In this document: positions 49,001 through 59,098 of the stretch, one piece after another
Position numbering within the stretch: position 1 is the stretch's first letter
How the letters are laid out: every line of letters begins with the position of its first letter
Assembly: GCA_003522725.1 (NCBI GenBank)
Contig: DPIG01000078.1
Span: forward strand, 18,746-82,745
Reading direction: 5' to 3'
Length of the DNA: 64,000 nt
Source of the DNA: Candidatus Omnitrophota bacterium
Lineage (GTDB): Bacteria; Omnitrophota; Gorgyraeia; Zapsychrales; Zapsychraceae
Position numbers and translations under genes: made by a program
The notes under the pieces: generated by a model
Told to the model about the DNA's origin: nothing
What the model saw: only the letters and a program-made list of their open reading frames with translations
The model's database searches: none

Positions 49001-50587
49001 TCAGACTTTCAGCAGTTTCACGTGCAAGACGTCTTTGGTGCTGCGCAACCGTTCAATCGTCTCTTCCGGCACGTTGCTGTCCACGTTAACGGCGCTGATC
49101 GCCAGTCCGCCCGGAGCTTCGCGGCCCAATGTAATCCCCGCGATATTGATCTTCGCCTCGGCGAGCAATGTTCCGATCGCGCCGACCAGCCCCGGCTTGT
49201 CATTGTTCTGGATGAACAGGATATATCCATCAGGAACGGCTTCCATGTAAACACTGTTGATTTTGACGATACGTGGTTTCTGGTTGGCCGACAATGTCCC
49301 CTGGATCGAGAATGGCTCTTTATCCGTCTTGACCTCAACGCGGATGGCATTGACGAATTCTTCTTCTTTGGTCGAAACAACTTCCTGGACGTTGATCGCC
49401 CGCTCCTTGGCGATTTCGAGGGCATTGATGAAATTGACGGTTTCGCCCAATATTGGCGTCAACAGACCGTTGACCAGCGATAAGGTGACCGGAGCCACTT
49501 TGTATTTACTCATGATCCCGCTGTAGGTGATCTTCACGGCGCTGACGCGCCCGTCGATCAGTTGTCCGGCAAATTTTCCCATCCGGTACGCGAGGTTGAT
49601 ATACGGCTCCAAAGTTTTGTACGCCTCCGCGTCGACCGTCGGGAAGTTGGCCGCGTTCATGATGCCCCTGCCCAAGAGGGCGTTACGGATCGTTTCAGCG
49701 ATCTCGATGGCCACGTTGATCTGTGCCTCGGAAGTCGAAGCGCCCAAATGCGGCGTCATGACGCAATTATCGAGTTTTAACAACGGAGAATTCGCGGAAA
49801 GCGGTTCTTCATCAAAAACATCCAGCGCGGCACCGGCGATCCTTTTCTCCGCCAACGCATCGGCGAGCGCGGTTTCATCCACGATCCCGCCGCGGGCGCA
49901 GTTGATCAAACGAGCCGTTTTTTTCATTGATTGGAATTCCGCCGCTCCGATCAAATTTTTTGTTTCCGCGCTTTTGGGAATATGAATGGTAATATAATCG
50001 GATCCCTTGACCAACGCTTTAAGGTCGACCATCTGCACGCCAAGCGTGGCACCGACTTCCAGCGAGATGTAGGGATCGAAGACAATGACAGACATGCTGA
50101 AGGCTTTGGCGTAACGCGCCACCGTCGAACCGATCCGGCCGAAGCCGATGATCCCCAGCGTTTTTCCATGAAGTTCAACGCCGCTGAACTTCGAACGTTC
50201 CCACTTGCCGGCCTTGACCGACGCGCAGGCTTGCGGGATGTTGCGTGACAACGCCAGGATCATGCTCATGGTGTGTTCCGCCGTCGAAGTGGTGTTTCCC
50301 GCCGGGGTGTTGATCGCCACAATTCCTTTTTGGGTCGCGGCCTTCAGGTCCACGTTATCCAACCCGACCCCCGCGCGGCCGATGAACTTCAAGCGCGCGG
50401 CCGCCTGGATGATATCCGCCGTGACTTTCGTACCGCTGCGCACGATCAAGGCGTCATAGTCCTTGATGATCGCTTTTAATTGTTCCGGCTTAAGGTCGAT
50501 CTTGTAATCGACCTGGAATTCCTTAACGGCCTTCAATATCTCCAGCCCTTCATCGGCGAGCTGGTCGCTGACAAGTATTCTGCTCAT
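49001..50587 (-). CDS. serA: D-3-phosphoglycerate dehydrogenase (long form with ACT domain)
   Basis: RAGVGLDNVD, GFGRIG, NCARGG, TPHLGAST.EAQ, NNDKPG. Start trimmed to ATG 50587. Confidence 0.96.
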   Translation of the reverse strand: MSRILVSDQLADEGLEILKAVKEFQVDYKIDLKPEQLKAIIKDYDALIVRSGTKVTADIIQAAARLKFIGRAGVGLDNVDLKAATQKGIVAINTPAGNTTSTAEHTMSMILALSRNIPQACASVKAGKWERSKFSGVELHGKTLGIIGFGRIGSTVARYAKAFSMSVIVFDPYISLEVGATLGVQMVDLKALVKGSDYITIHIPKSAETKNLIGAAEFQSMKKTARLINCARGGIVDETALADALAEKRIAGAALDVFDEEPLSANSPLLKLDNCVMTPHLGASTSEAQINVAIEIAETIRNALLGRGIMNAANFPTVDAEAYKTLEPYINLAYRMGKFAGQLIDGRVSAVKITYSGIMSKYKVAPVTLSLVNGLLTPILGETVNFINALEIAKERAINVQEVVSTKEEEFVNAIRVEVKTDKEPFSIQGTLSANQKPRIVKINSVYMEAVPDGYILFIQNNDKPGLVGAIGTLLAEAKINIAGITLGREAPGGLAISAVNVDSNVPEETIERLRSTKDVLHVKLLKV

Positions 50588-50604
50588 TACGGCTCCTGTC
50601 ATTT

Positions 50605-50679
50605 TCCTCATTTCCCGTTTCAGGGGAAATGAGGAGGCTCGCCCGCCTCACCAAAATCTGTGATTTGGGTGGGCGGGGC
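50605..50679. repeat. Two adjacent intergenic hairpins
   Basis: TCCTCATTTCCC/GGGAAATGAGGA (perfect 12 bp) and GCCCGCCTCACCAAAATC/GATTTGGGTGGGCGGGGC. Confidence 0.7.
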
Positions 50680-50699
50680 GGCCTGTCTGATATTTCGCG

Positions 50700-51839
50700 T
50701 CAGGTGATAAACACTTTCTGCGCGGCGGCAATGCCGACGCCGGGTGTGAACTTATGTCCCAGTTTTAATAAAACTTTCTCCAGGCAAGCGATCCCGGTAA
50801 GGATATCGTATTCATCAACACAACCCATATGAGCGATGCGGATGATTTTACCCTTTAACGTATCCTGCCCGCCGGCCACAGAAATCCCGTAGGTGTCGCG
50901 CATGATCTTGACCACTTTATTGCCGTCGACTTCCGCCGGGAGCTTGACCGCGGTCAGGACATTTGACAAACATGATTCATCCGGAAAAATCGACAATCCG
51001 AGCGCCTTGGCCGCTTCCCGCGTGCCGCTGGCCAGCCGCGCGTAACAGGCGAACAAGTTCTGCAGCCCTTCCTGCTTGATACGCCGCAGGCTTTCGTTGA
51101 GCGCGATGACAATCCCGATGGCCGGCGTGAAAGGCGTGTCCACATCCGCCATGGCCTCTTTGGATTTACGCAGATCAAAATAATAACGCGGACTTTTGGA
51201 AGTTTCAACCAGTTTAAACGCCTTGGCGCTCACCGAAATGAACGCCAGTCCCGGCGGCAGCATAAATCCTTTATGGGACGCCGAGACAACCACATCGACC
51301 CCCCAGTTATCCATTTGCAGATCAATGACCCCGAGCCCGCTGACCGCATCGACCACCAATACCGCGTTAGTATCGCGGACGACACGGGCAACCGCTTCGA
51401 CGTCCGTTGTAACACCGGTCGATGTTTCACTCTGTGTGATGAAAACCGCTTTGATGTCCTTGTGCGTGTCGAGTATCTTTTTGATCCGCGCCGGATCGAC
51501 CGCCTTGCCCCAAGTGACCTTGATCACATCCGGCTCAACGCCGTAACTGCGGCAAAGCTCGCTCCAGCGTTCGCCGAATTTTCCGCCCTCCACCGTGATG
51601 GCTTTATCGCCCGGCGAGAGCAGATTGCACACCGCCGCTTCCATCGCGCCCGTGCCGGAAGAGGTGAGCAGATAAATATCATTTTTCGTTTGAAAAACGT
51701 GCTTTAACCCTTCAACAGCTTCTTTTAAATTTTCTTGAAACTGCGGCGTGCGGTGATGGATGATCGGACGCCCCAACGCCGCGCAGATTTCCGGCGGGAT
51801 CTGGGTCGGTCCGGGGGTGAGCAATAGATTGCGTTTCAT
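50700..51839 (-). CDS. Class V aminotransferase (alanine-glyoxylate/serine-pyruvate family; likely acts as phosphoserine aminotransferase)
   Basis: LLTPGPT, SSGTGAME, SETSTG, DAVS, ASHKG (PLP Lys), RIAHMG; adjacent to serA. Confidence 0.88.
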   Translation of the reverse strand: MKRNLLLTPGPTQIPPEICAALGRPIIHHRTPQFQENLKEAVEGLKHVFQTKNDIYLLTSSGTGAMEAAVCNLLSPGDKAITVEGGKFGERWSELCRSYGVEPDVIKVTWGKAVDPARIKKILDTHKDIKAVFITQSETSTGVTTDVEAVARVVRDTNAVLVVDAVSGLGVIDLQMDNWGVDVVVSASHKGFMLPPGLAFISVSAKAFKLVETSKSPRYYFDLRKSKEAMADVDTPFTPAIGIVIALNESLRRIKQEGLQNLFACYARLASGTREAAKALGLSIFPDESCLSNVLTAVKLPAEVDGNKVVKIMRDTYGISVAGGQDTLKGKIIRIAHMGCVDEYDILTGIACLEKVLLKLGHKFTPGVGIAAAQKVFIT

Positions 51840-51877
51840 CGTCAGCCGCCTTTCTATCAAAAATTTAAAGTTAATAA

Positions 51878-52492
51878 CTAGCTTTTTTTTGTTGTCCGGA
51901 AGCTGGTAATGACGTCATCGACCAGCCCATATTCCCTGGCTTCCTCCGCGCTCATGTAAAAATCCCGATCGGAATCCCTCTGGATCCGATCGAGCGGTTG
52001 TCCCGTATGGTCTGCCAATATTTTGCTCAAAGTCTCTTTCATCCGCAGGATTTCCTTGGCTTGAATGGAAATGTCGCTGGCCGTCCCCTGGGTTCCACCC
52101 CAAGGCTGATGGATCATGATCCGCGAATACGGCAGGGCAAAACGCTTGCCTTTGGCGCCGGCGGACAGTAAAAGCGAACCCATGCTCGCGGCTTGCCCAA
52201 GGCAAAAGGTGGAGACATCGGGTTTCACAAACTGCATCGTGTCATAAATCGCCAGACCGGCGGTCACCGATCCGCCGGGTGAATTGATGTACACGCTGAT
52301 GTCTTTGGTGGCGTCTTCGCTTTGCAAGAAAAGCAATTGCGCGATGATCAAATTGGCGACGGTATCATCGATGGCGGTGCCGATGAAAACAATTCTTTCT
52401 TTGAGCAACCGCGAATAAATGTCGTAGGCGCGTTCACCCTGCGACGTTTTTTCAACGACCATTGGTACGAGTATCTGCGATTTTTGATCCAT
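51878..52492 (-). CDS. clpP: ATP-dependent Clp protease proteolytic subunit
   Basis: [31 protein letters not shown]. Start trimmed to ATG 52492. Confidence 0.97.
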   Translation of the reverse strand: MDQKSQILVPMVVEKTSQGERAYDIYSRLLKERIVFIGTAIDDTVANLIIAQLLFLQSEDATKDISVYINSPGGSVTAGLAIYDTMQFVKPDVSTFCLGQAASMGSLLLSAGAKGKRFALPYSRIMIHQPWGGTQGTASDISIQAKEILRMKETLSKILADHTGQPLDRIQRDSDRDFYMSAEEAREYGLVDDVITSFRTTKKS

Positions 52493-52493
52493 T

Positions 52494-53387
52494 TTACTTA
52501 ACCTCCTCCCATTCTGCTTCTTTAAGTAAAAATTCCATGACTTTGACGGCCAGGTTTTCTTCTTCCTTGACCGGGATATTCTCGAGTTCAGCAATTTTTT
52601 CAAGGACCAGATATATGCGGATGTCCTTTTCGACAGACTCCTCGAGCTGCGGACGGACCTCCTCTTCTTTTTTCGTGATCTCCTCGGGGGACAATCCTTG
52701 CTTCGCAAGCCGCTGACGGATATCTTCCAGCCGTCGCGCGAGCTGTTTTTTGACCAATGAAGCCGGCGTCGTCAATTTTGCTTTCTTGAGAAGATGTTCC
52801 GCGACCTGGTTTTCGATGTCCATCCGGTTGTGCCGGTCTTTATCGATCTCCATCTGACGGGTGAGCGACTTGGAGAATTCCTCCAGGCTGGGGAAGCCCA
52901 ACCCATGAGCGAAAGCGTCATCGATGACGACCTCTTTCCCTTCCCCCTGGCCTTTCCTGAAAAATTCCAAAGTCTTGTTGAGCTCTTCCGGCGTGACGGT
53001 AGAACTTTTGCGCGCGATCTTGATCTTTTTATAGTCACCGACCCTGACCTCCGGCTTAACGTCCAGTTTGGCGGTAAAAGTCACTTTCCCTTCGTTAAGA
53101 TTAATATCCAGAATTTCCGGCAGGTCGATCGGCCTGATTTTTTCTTTTTCAAGTCCTTCCTGATACACTTCCGGGATCAGTTCCTTGATGACTTCTTCCC
53201 TGGCGAGTTTGTTGTGCCGGGATTCCAGGATATGCCGGGGGACTTTTCCCTGACGGAACCCTTTGACCTTCACGACTTTTCCGAGTTCTCCGTAGATTTT
53301 ATCAAATTTTTGCGACACGCGCTCCCGGGGAACTTCGAATTTCAATTCCAGCCGGATCGCGTCCAGTTTTTTAACGGCCAATTTCAT
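52494..53387 (-). CDS. tig: Trigger factor, short form lacking the PPIase domain
   Basis: GFRQGKVP ribosome-binding signature; 297 aa; upstream of clpP. Confidence 0.9.
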   Translation of the reverse strand: MKLAVKKLDAIRLELKFEVPRERVSQKFDKIYGELGKVVKVKGFRQGKVPRHILESRHNKLAREEVIKELIPEVYQEGLEKEKIRPIDLPEILDINLNEGKVTFTAKLDVKPEVRVGDYKKIKIARKSSTVTPEELNKTLEFFRKGQGEGKEVVIDDAFAHGLGFPSLEEFSKSLTRQMEIDKDRHNRMDIENQVAEHLLKKAKLTTPASLVKKQLARRLEDIRQRLAKQGLSPEEITKKEEEVRPQLEESVEKDIRIYLVLEKIAELENIPVKEEENLAVKVMEFLLKEAEWEEVK

Positions 53388-53417
53388 GAATTTTCCGCCT
53401 CCTCCATAAGTTGTCGG

Positions 53418-54146
53418 TTACATCCTGAATTTCTCGCCCAAATAAATTTTCTTCGCTTCCGGGTCGTTGATCAAATCCTGCGCCGTCCCCGAAATGAGGA
53501 TTTTCCCGTCGGCGATGAGATACGCCCTGTCGGTAATGGACAGCGTCTCGCGCACGTTATGGTCCGTTAAAAGGATCCCCAGCCCGCGCTGTTTCAGATT
53601 TTTGATGATCTCCTGCGCTTCGGCCACCACGATCGGATCGATGCCGGAAAAAGGTTCATCCAGAAGAAGAAACGACGGGTTTGTCACCAGGGCGCGTGTG
53701 ATTTCCAGCCGGCGGCGTTCGCCGCCGGACAACGTGTAAGCTTTATTTTTCGCCAGATGCGCGATATTTAACTCCTCCAGCAAAGACTGTAACCGTTTCT
53801 TGCGCTCCCGCGGGCTAAGCGGCAAAGTTTCCAGGATCGCCAGGATGTTCTCGGCAACGGTCAACTTCCGGAAGATCGACGGTTCCTGCGCCAGGTACCC
53901 CATCCCCAGCTTGCACCGCTCATGGATGGACTTATAAGTGATATTTTCGTTATCAAAAAATATTTCGCCCGCGTTCGGTTTAATAATACCGACGGCCATA
54001 TAAAAGGTGGTCGTCTTGCCGGCGCCGTTGGGGCCCAGCAGTCCGACAATTTCCGAACGGCCGACGGAAATGCTCAAACCGTCCACGACCTGGCGTTGAC
54101 CATATTTTTTCACCAGATTTCTAGTTTCCAAGAGCTGTAATGGCAT
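53418..54146 (-). CDS. lptB: LPS export ABC transporter ATPase
   Basis: GPNGAGKTT, QEPSIFRKL, LSGGERRR, LDEPF, TDHNVRETL, YLGEKF. Confidence 0.96.
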   Translation of the reverse strand: MPLQLLETRNLVKKYGQRQVVDGLSISVGRSEIVGLLGPNGAGKTTTFYMAVGIIKPNAGEIFFDNENITYKSIHERCKLGMGYLAQEPSIFRKLTVAENILAILETLPLSPRERKKRLQSLLEELNIAHLAKNKAYTLSGGERRRLEITRALVTNPSFLLLDEPFSGIDPIVVAEAQEIIKNLKQRGLGILLTDHNVRETLSITDRAYLIADGKILISGTAQDLINDPEAKKIYLGEKFRM

Positions 54147-54948
54147 TTTCTCCTTCGGTCACCAGGATAAGTTTCGGCCGGCCGGAAAGCGTCAGTTTGC
54201 GCTCCAGGCCGTTATAAACGGCTTTGTCGGCGAAGGACTGGTTCGCCCCTCGGATGATCACCACGTGTCCGGAACAAATCATCTCTTTGATCTGTTTTTT
54301 TGTTTCATCGAAAAATATTTCCATGCGGTCGGCCTTCAAGGTCTGGTCCGCCTGTACGGCGACGACATTATCTTCAAAGACCGCGTACGATTTGGTCTGG
54401 TCGATCACCATAGGGCCGTCCGAGGTGATAGTGATCTGTGAGGTCACCTCGGGATCGGGCTGCGTATCCATCGTGACGGTCACATCCTTGTCGATCTGCG
54501 CCGTCTTCATCCCCGGATGCGCCTCCATCCCCGTGCCGGTCATCGTCATGTCTTTATCGGTGATCAAAACATCGTCTTTCGTTTTGACCAAATCTTCGTT
54601 GCGGTTCCAGTCCAGGGAATCCGTTGTCATCCGGGTGCCCCGCTCGCTGGTGATGACGACATCTTTTTCCAAATGGATGATGCCGCTGGCCTGGTCAATG
54701 GTCCCGGTTTCGGCCGTCAGGTTGACTTTTTCATCGCCATAGGATTCGCCGGCAACGTTGGAAATTTTGATTTTATCGCCGAGGATGTCGGCGTTGTCTC
54801 CGTTGACGGTCCAGGATTTTTCCCCATCCGGGGTATATCCCTGCAAGTTGAACCCTTCGAATTGCTGGCCGGGTTCCCCGGCCCATACAACGCCGGCTCC
54901 TCCTAAGAGAAAAATTTGCACCAGGAGCAATAAACAATTTTTATTCAT
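54121..54948 (-). CDS. LptC-LptA-like fusion (LPS transport beta-jellyroll protein)
   Basis: Signal/anchor; LptC-like half (GEKSW...TDSLDW...TGTGM) followed by an LptA/OstA-like half (AVFEDNVVA..LKAD..GHV...LSGRP); sits between kdsC and lptB. Confidence 0.8.
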   Translation of the reverse strand: MNKNCLLLLVQIFLLGGAGVVWAGEPGQQFEGFNLQGYTPDGEKSWTVNGDNADILGDKIKISNVAGESYGDEKVNLTAETGTIDQASGIIHLEKDVVITSERGTRMTTDSLDWNRNEDLVKTKDDVLITDKDMTMTGTGMEAHPGMKTAQIDKDVTVTMDTQPDPEVTSQITITSDGPMVIDQTKSYAVFEDNVVAVQADQTLKADRMEIFFDETKKQIKEMICSGHVVIIRGANQSFADKAVYNGLERKLTLSGRPKLILVTEGENAITALGN

Positions 54949-54960
54949 GCGGTAATTATC

Positions 54961-55485
54961 CTATCCGGTGCGCGCGAGAATATTTTTCCATTTTCCCTGC
55001 GCTTTCAAAATCAATTCGACCACTTCACGCACCGCGCCGTCACCGCCGCGGCAGGCCGTGATGTAATGGGCCGCCTTTTTAACCTCCGCCACCGCGTTGG
55101 ACACGGCAACGGCCAGGCCGACCCGTTTTAATACCGCCAGGTCGGGCAGATCGTCCGCCACAAAACAAACTTTTTCATCCATAAGGCCGAACTCACGGAT
55201 CAAACGCGCGTAAACATCGGACTTAGGATACGCATCCTGGCAGATTTTGTCAATTTTTAAGTCTTCGGCGCGGGCCGCTACCGCGGGTGAGGAACGTGCC
55301 GAAAGGATCGCGGTTTTGATCCCCGCCTGCCGCAAAAGCACAAGACCAAAGCCGTCCTGCACGTCAAAAAACTTGAGTTCCTTTCCCTGGGCGTCCACGA
55401 CGATCTTGCCGTCGGTCAGGACGCCGTCGACATCCATAACGAGGAGCTTTATTTTTTTTAATCTCGCGTTAAGGGCGCTGTTCAT
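54961..55485 (-). CDS. kdsC: KDO-8-phosphate phosphatase
   Basis: MDVDGVLTDG, FDVQDG, DDLPD, GGDGAVRE. Confidence 0.93.
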   Translation of the reverse strand: MNSALNARLKKIKLLVMDVDGVLTDGKIVVDAQGKELKFFDVQDGFGLVLLRQAGIKTAILSARSSPAVAARAEDLKIDKICQDAYPKSDVYARLIREFGLMDEKVCFVADDLPDLAVLKRVGLAVAVSNAVAEVKKAAHYITACRGGDGAVREVVELILKAQGKWKNILARTG

Positions 55486-56441
55486 ACCAATCCGGCCCTT
55501 AAAAGGTCCTGGACGTCCAGCAGGCCGACGATCCGGCGCTGGTTATCCAAAACGGGCAATTCGTCAATTTTCTTTTCTTTCATGATATTGAGCGCTTCCG
55601 CCGCCAGCTTGTCTTTTAAGATCGTTACGGGGTTACGCGTCATGACCTCCGACACCCGCCGGTCCAAGACATCGGGGCCGGACTCCAGATGCCGGCGCAG
55701 ATCACCGTCAGTAAAGATCCCTGTAAATTTTCCGTGCCGGTTCACAACGCACGCCGACCCGCAGCGGGCCCGGGTAATGGCAAACAGGACCTGTTTGACT
55801 TTTCTGTTCTCGCGGACTTTAGGGTAATGCGCGTCTTTACGCATAATGTCTTCGACTCTTAACAAAAGTTTGCGGCCGAGCATTCCGCCGGGATGATAAA
55901 ACGCGAAATCCTCCTTGCGGAACCCTTTACGCACGATCAGGCAGGCCGCCAAGGCGTCCCCCATCACGAGCGTTGCCGTCGTGGAGGCCATCGGCGCCAA
56001 CCCCAGCGGACATCCTTCCTGCTTGACGGAAACATCCAGCAGGACGTCCGCGTGTTTTGCCAGCGTCGAATGCCGGTTGCCCGTCATAGCGATGGTCCGG
56101 GAACCGATCTTTTTGATGAGCGGCAGCAGCTGTTTTATCTCTTCGGTTTCACCGCTGTTGGAGACGATGACCACAACGTCATTACAGGTGACCTGCCCGA
56201 GGTCGCCGTGGATCGCTTCCGCGCTGTGCATCCACAGGCTCGGCGTTCCCGTCGAAGACAAGGTGGCGGCGATCTTGCGCCCGATGATCCCCGTCTTGCC
56301 CATGCCGGTGACGATGACACGGCCTTTGCATTTGGCGATCAGATCAACGGCTTTTAGAAAACCTTGATCGATCCGCTCCCCCAGATTCGCCACAGCCCGG
56401 GCTTCGATCGCGATGACCTCTTTGGCTTTCTGGATCGTCAT
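55482..56441 (-). CDS. kdsD: Arabinose-5-phosphate isomerase (KpsF/GutQ)
   Basis: GMGKTG, EAIHGDLG, SNSGET, APMAST, HPGG, two CBS domains. Confidence 0.95.
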   Translation of the reverse strand: MTIQKAKEVIAIEARAVANLGERIDQGFLKAVDLIAKCKGRVIVTGMGKTGIIGRKIAATLSSTGTPSLWMHSAEAIHGDLGQVTCNDVVVIVSNSGETEEIKQLLPLIKKIGSRTIAMTGNRHSTLAKHADVLLDVSVKQEGCPLGLAPMASTTATLVMGDALAACLIVRKGFRKEDFAFYHPGGMLGRKLLLRVEDIMRKDAHYPKVRENRKVKQVLFAITRARCGSACVVNRHGKFTGIFTDGDLRRHLESGPDVLDRRVSEVMTRNPVTILKDKLAAEALNIMKEKKIDELPVLDNQRRIVGLLDVQDLLRAGLV

Positions 56442-56442
56442 T

Positions 56443-57285
56443 TTATCCTTTGGCGGTTCGTTTGATGATCTTGTCGATCGCCTGTAAATCGATCAGCAGT
56501 TTCTCAAGCGCCGACAACGGCAGCATGTTTGGCCCGTCGGAAAGGGCCTTCTTCGGGTTGGGATGTATCTCCATAAAAACCGCGTCGCACCCCGCCGCCA
56601 CGGCGCAGCGCGCCAGAAGCGGGATATACTCACTGTTGCCGCCGGAGGCCGTGCCCAGCCCTCCCGGCTGCTGCACGCTGTGCGTGGCGTCAAAGACGAC
56701 AGGGTAACCGGTTTCCCGCATGATGCTCAACGACCGGAAATCACTGACCAGCGTGTTGTACCCGAAGCTTGTCCCCCTCTCGGTCAACAGGATATCCCGG
56801 TTGCCCGTACTCTCCACTTTCTTGACGACCTGGGCCATGTCCCACGGCGCCAGGAATTGTCCCTTTTTAATGTTCACCGGTTTGCCGGTTTTCCCGGCTT
56901 CCAGCAGAAGGTCCGTCTGCCGGCACAAAAAAGCGGGGATCTGCAAAACGTCAAGGACTCCGGCGGCCTGTTCGATCTCCTGGGGGTTGTGCACGTCGCT
57001 TAAAACGGGGATCTTGAATTCCCGCCGGACTTCGGCCAGAATGTCCAGCCCTTCGGCCCAGCCGGGGCCGCGGAACGATTTGACCGACGTGCGGTTGGCC
57101 TTGTCGTAACTGGCCTTGAAAATAAGCGGCGCCTTGACCTTGGCCGTGATCTCTTTTAACGCCCGGGCGATGCGCAGCGTCATTTTCCGACTTTCGATGA
57201 CGCACGGCCCGGCAATCAAGACGAACGGTCTTCCGCCGCCTATTGCCACAGATCCGACACGTACGGTTTTATTTTTTTTTATCAT
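56443..57285 (-). CDS. kdsA: KDO-8-phosphate synthase
   Basis: [33 protein letters not shown]. Confidence 0.97.
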   Translation of the reverse strand: MIKKNKTVRVGSVAIGGGRPFVLIAGPCVIESRKMTLRIARALKEITAKVKAPLIFKASYDKANRTSVKSFRGPGWAEGLDILAEVRREFKIPVLSDVHNPQEIEQAAGVLDVLQIPAFLCRQTDLLLEAGKTGKPVNIKKGQFLAPWDMAQVVKKVESTGNRDILLTERGTSFGYNTLVSDFRSLSIMRETGYPVVFDATHSVQQPGGLGTASGGNSEYIPLLARCAVAAGCDAVFMEIHPNPKKALSDGPNMLPLSALEKLLIDLQAIDKIIKRTAKG

Positions 57286-57295
57286 GGTCTTTAGT

Positions 57296-58024
57296 CTACC
57301 GAAGTATTTTTGTCACGCGGGCCAAGTCTTCCGGAGTATCCACGCCGATTGTTTCAATATCCGTCAGGACCGTTTTAATTTTGACACCCGCCTCCAGCGC
57401 CCTTAATTGTTCCAATTGTTCCGCCTGCTCCAGCCGCGACTTCGGCATGTCTTTGAATTTTAGCAAAAAATTCCTTCGGTACGCGTAAATGCCCAGATGT
57501 TTGTAATATTTGATCTTGCCGATCCCTACCTTGTCCCGGTCGTAAGGAATGACCGACCGCGAAAAATACAAGGCGTTGCCGGCGGCGTCGATGACCGCCT
57601 TGACGACGTTGAGATTTTCCAGTTCTTCTTTCGTCCGGACAAGCTTGATCGCCGTCGCCATCACAGAACCGGGGTCTCTAGTCAAGACCGTCACCAGATC
57701 ATCGATGATGCTGTGCTCGACAAGCGGTTCATCCCCCTGGATATTGACAATGATTTCAGCCGTAACATTGGCCGCGGCTTCCGCGGTCCTGTCCGTGCCG
57801 CAGGCGTGATCTTTCGCCGTCAAAATGGCTTTGGCCCCGAATTTTTCAGCCGCCTTGACGACGCGCTGATCGTCGCAGGCGATGATAACCTCCTTAAGCA
57901 ACCGGCTCTGCCGGGCGCGCCGCCAGACATGCTCGATCATCGGCTTGCCGTTGATCCGCGCCAAAACCTTGCCTTCAAACCGCGTTGAGCCCCAGCGGGC
58001 CGGGATAACGCCGATCGCCTGCAT
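57296..58024 (-). CDS. kdsB: CMP-KDO synthetase
   Basis: [40 protein letters not shown]. Confidence 0.97.
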   Translation of the reverse strand: MQAIGVIPARWGSTRFEGKVLARINGKPMIEHVWRRARQSRLLKEVIIACDDQRVVKAAEKFGAKAILTAKDHACGTDRTAEAAANVTAEIIVNIQGDEPLVEHSIIDDLVTVLTRDPGSVMATAIKLVRTKEELENLNVVKAVIDAAGNALYFSRSVIPYDRDKVGIGKIKYYKHLGIYAYRRNFLLKFKDMPKSRLEQAEQLEQLRALEAGVKIKTVLTDIETIGVDTPEDLARVTKILR

Positions 58025-58026
58025 GA

Positions 58027-59052
58027 TCAGTGGCTCCTGACTGCCTCTAAAAGTTCCTCTTTTGTCACCGCGACGGAGCCCAGCTTGCCCACCACGATCC
58101 CCGCGGCCAGATTAGCCAGGTCCGCGGCCTCTTTTTTCTGCGCGCCGGCGCTCAACCCTAACGTAAACGCGGCGATGACCGTATCTCCGGCGCCGGAAAC
58201 ATCATAAACTTCTTTCGCCTTCGTTTTAATGACCACCGGGGCTTTTTGTCTCTCGAATAACCGCATCCCGTGCTCGCCTAACGTGATCAGGAGGCAATCC
58301 AGGTTTAAATAACGCGCCAGTTCTTTCCCCGCCGAATCAATATGCACGTTGTCACACAAACGGTCAAAATGGATCGCCAGTTTTTCCGGCATGGTCGAGG
58401 TAATCTTGATGTTGCGGATGGCGTTTTCGGTTTCTTTGAGATTCGGCGTGATCGCCGTGACATTGCGGTAATAACTGAAATGTTCGACCTTGGGGTCGAT
58501 GGTGATGATCTTTTTTTTCGTCAAAGCCAGGTCGCGCACGAAATTCACCAGTTGCGGCGTGATCAACCCCTTGCCGTAATCGGAAAGGATGACCGCGTCG
58601 CAAGATTCCAGCGTCTGCCGGACAAAGTTCATGATCTTTTCAAAGACGGGTTTGTTGGGGGTATCTTCCATTTTCTCGCGGTCGATCCGCACCACCTGTT
58701 GATGTTGCGCGATAACCCTGGTCTTGCAGATGGTCGGCAGCGTCTTGTCGATAACGATCCCCCGGGTATCAATCCCCTTGGAGCGAAGTTCCCGCAAGAG
58801 GATTTTACCTTCCGGGTCATTACCAACCCGTCCGACCAGCACAGCCCGGGCGGCCAAGCCGCATAAATTATGCGCCACATTCGCGGCCCCGCCGGGGGTA
58901 TAGAAGGACTTCTCCTGCACGACAACCGGGACCGGCGCTTCAGGGGATAACCGGGAGACATGGCCCTGGATATACTGGTCCAGGATGATGTCCCCGATCA
59001 CCATGATCTTCTTGCGGTGGAATTTCGAAATGATGGATTGAAGCTGTGTCAT
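58027..59052 (-). CDS. D-glycero-beta-D-manno-heptose-7-phosphate kinase (stand-alone HldE/RfaE domain I)
   Basis: GDIILD, RLSPEAPVPVV, GGAANVA, SDYGKG, DVSGAGDT. Start trimmed to ATG 59052. Confidence 0.92.
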   Translation of the reverse strand: MTQLQSIISKFHRKKIMVIGDIILDQYIQGHVSRLSPEAPVPVVVQEKSFYTPGGAANVAHNLCGLAARAVLVGRVGNDPEGKILLRELRSKGIDTRGIVIDKTLPTICKTRVIAQHQQVVRIDREKMEDTPNKPVFEKIMNFVRQTLESCDAVILSDYGKGLITPQLVNFVRDLALTKKKIITIDPKVEHFSYYRNVTAITPNLKETENAIRNIKITSTMPEKLAIHFDRLCDNVHIDSAGKELARYLNLDCLLITLGEHGMRLFERQKAPVVIKTKAKEVYDVSGAGDTVIAAFTLGLSAGAQKKEAADLANLAAGIVVGKLGSVAVTKEELLEAVRSH

Positions 59053-59098
59053 AATGAGGACGCCTTTTATCCCGCGCACAAAAAAGAAACGAAGAATT

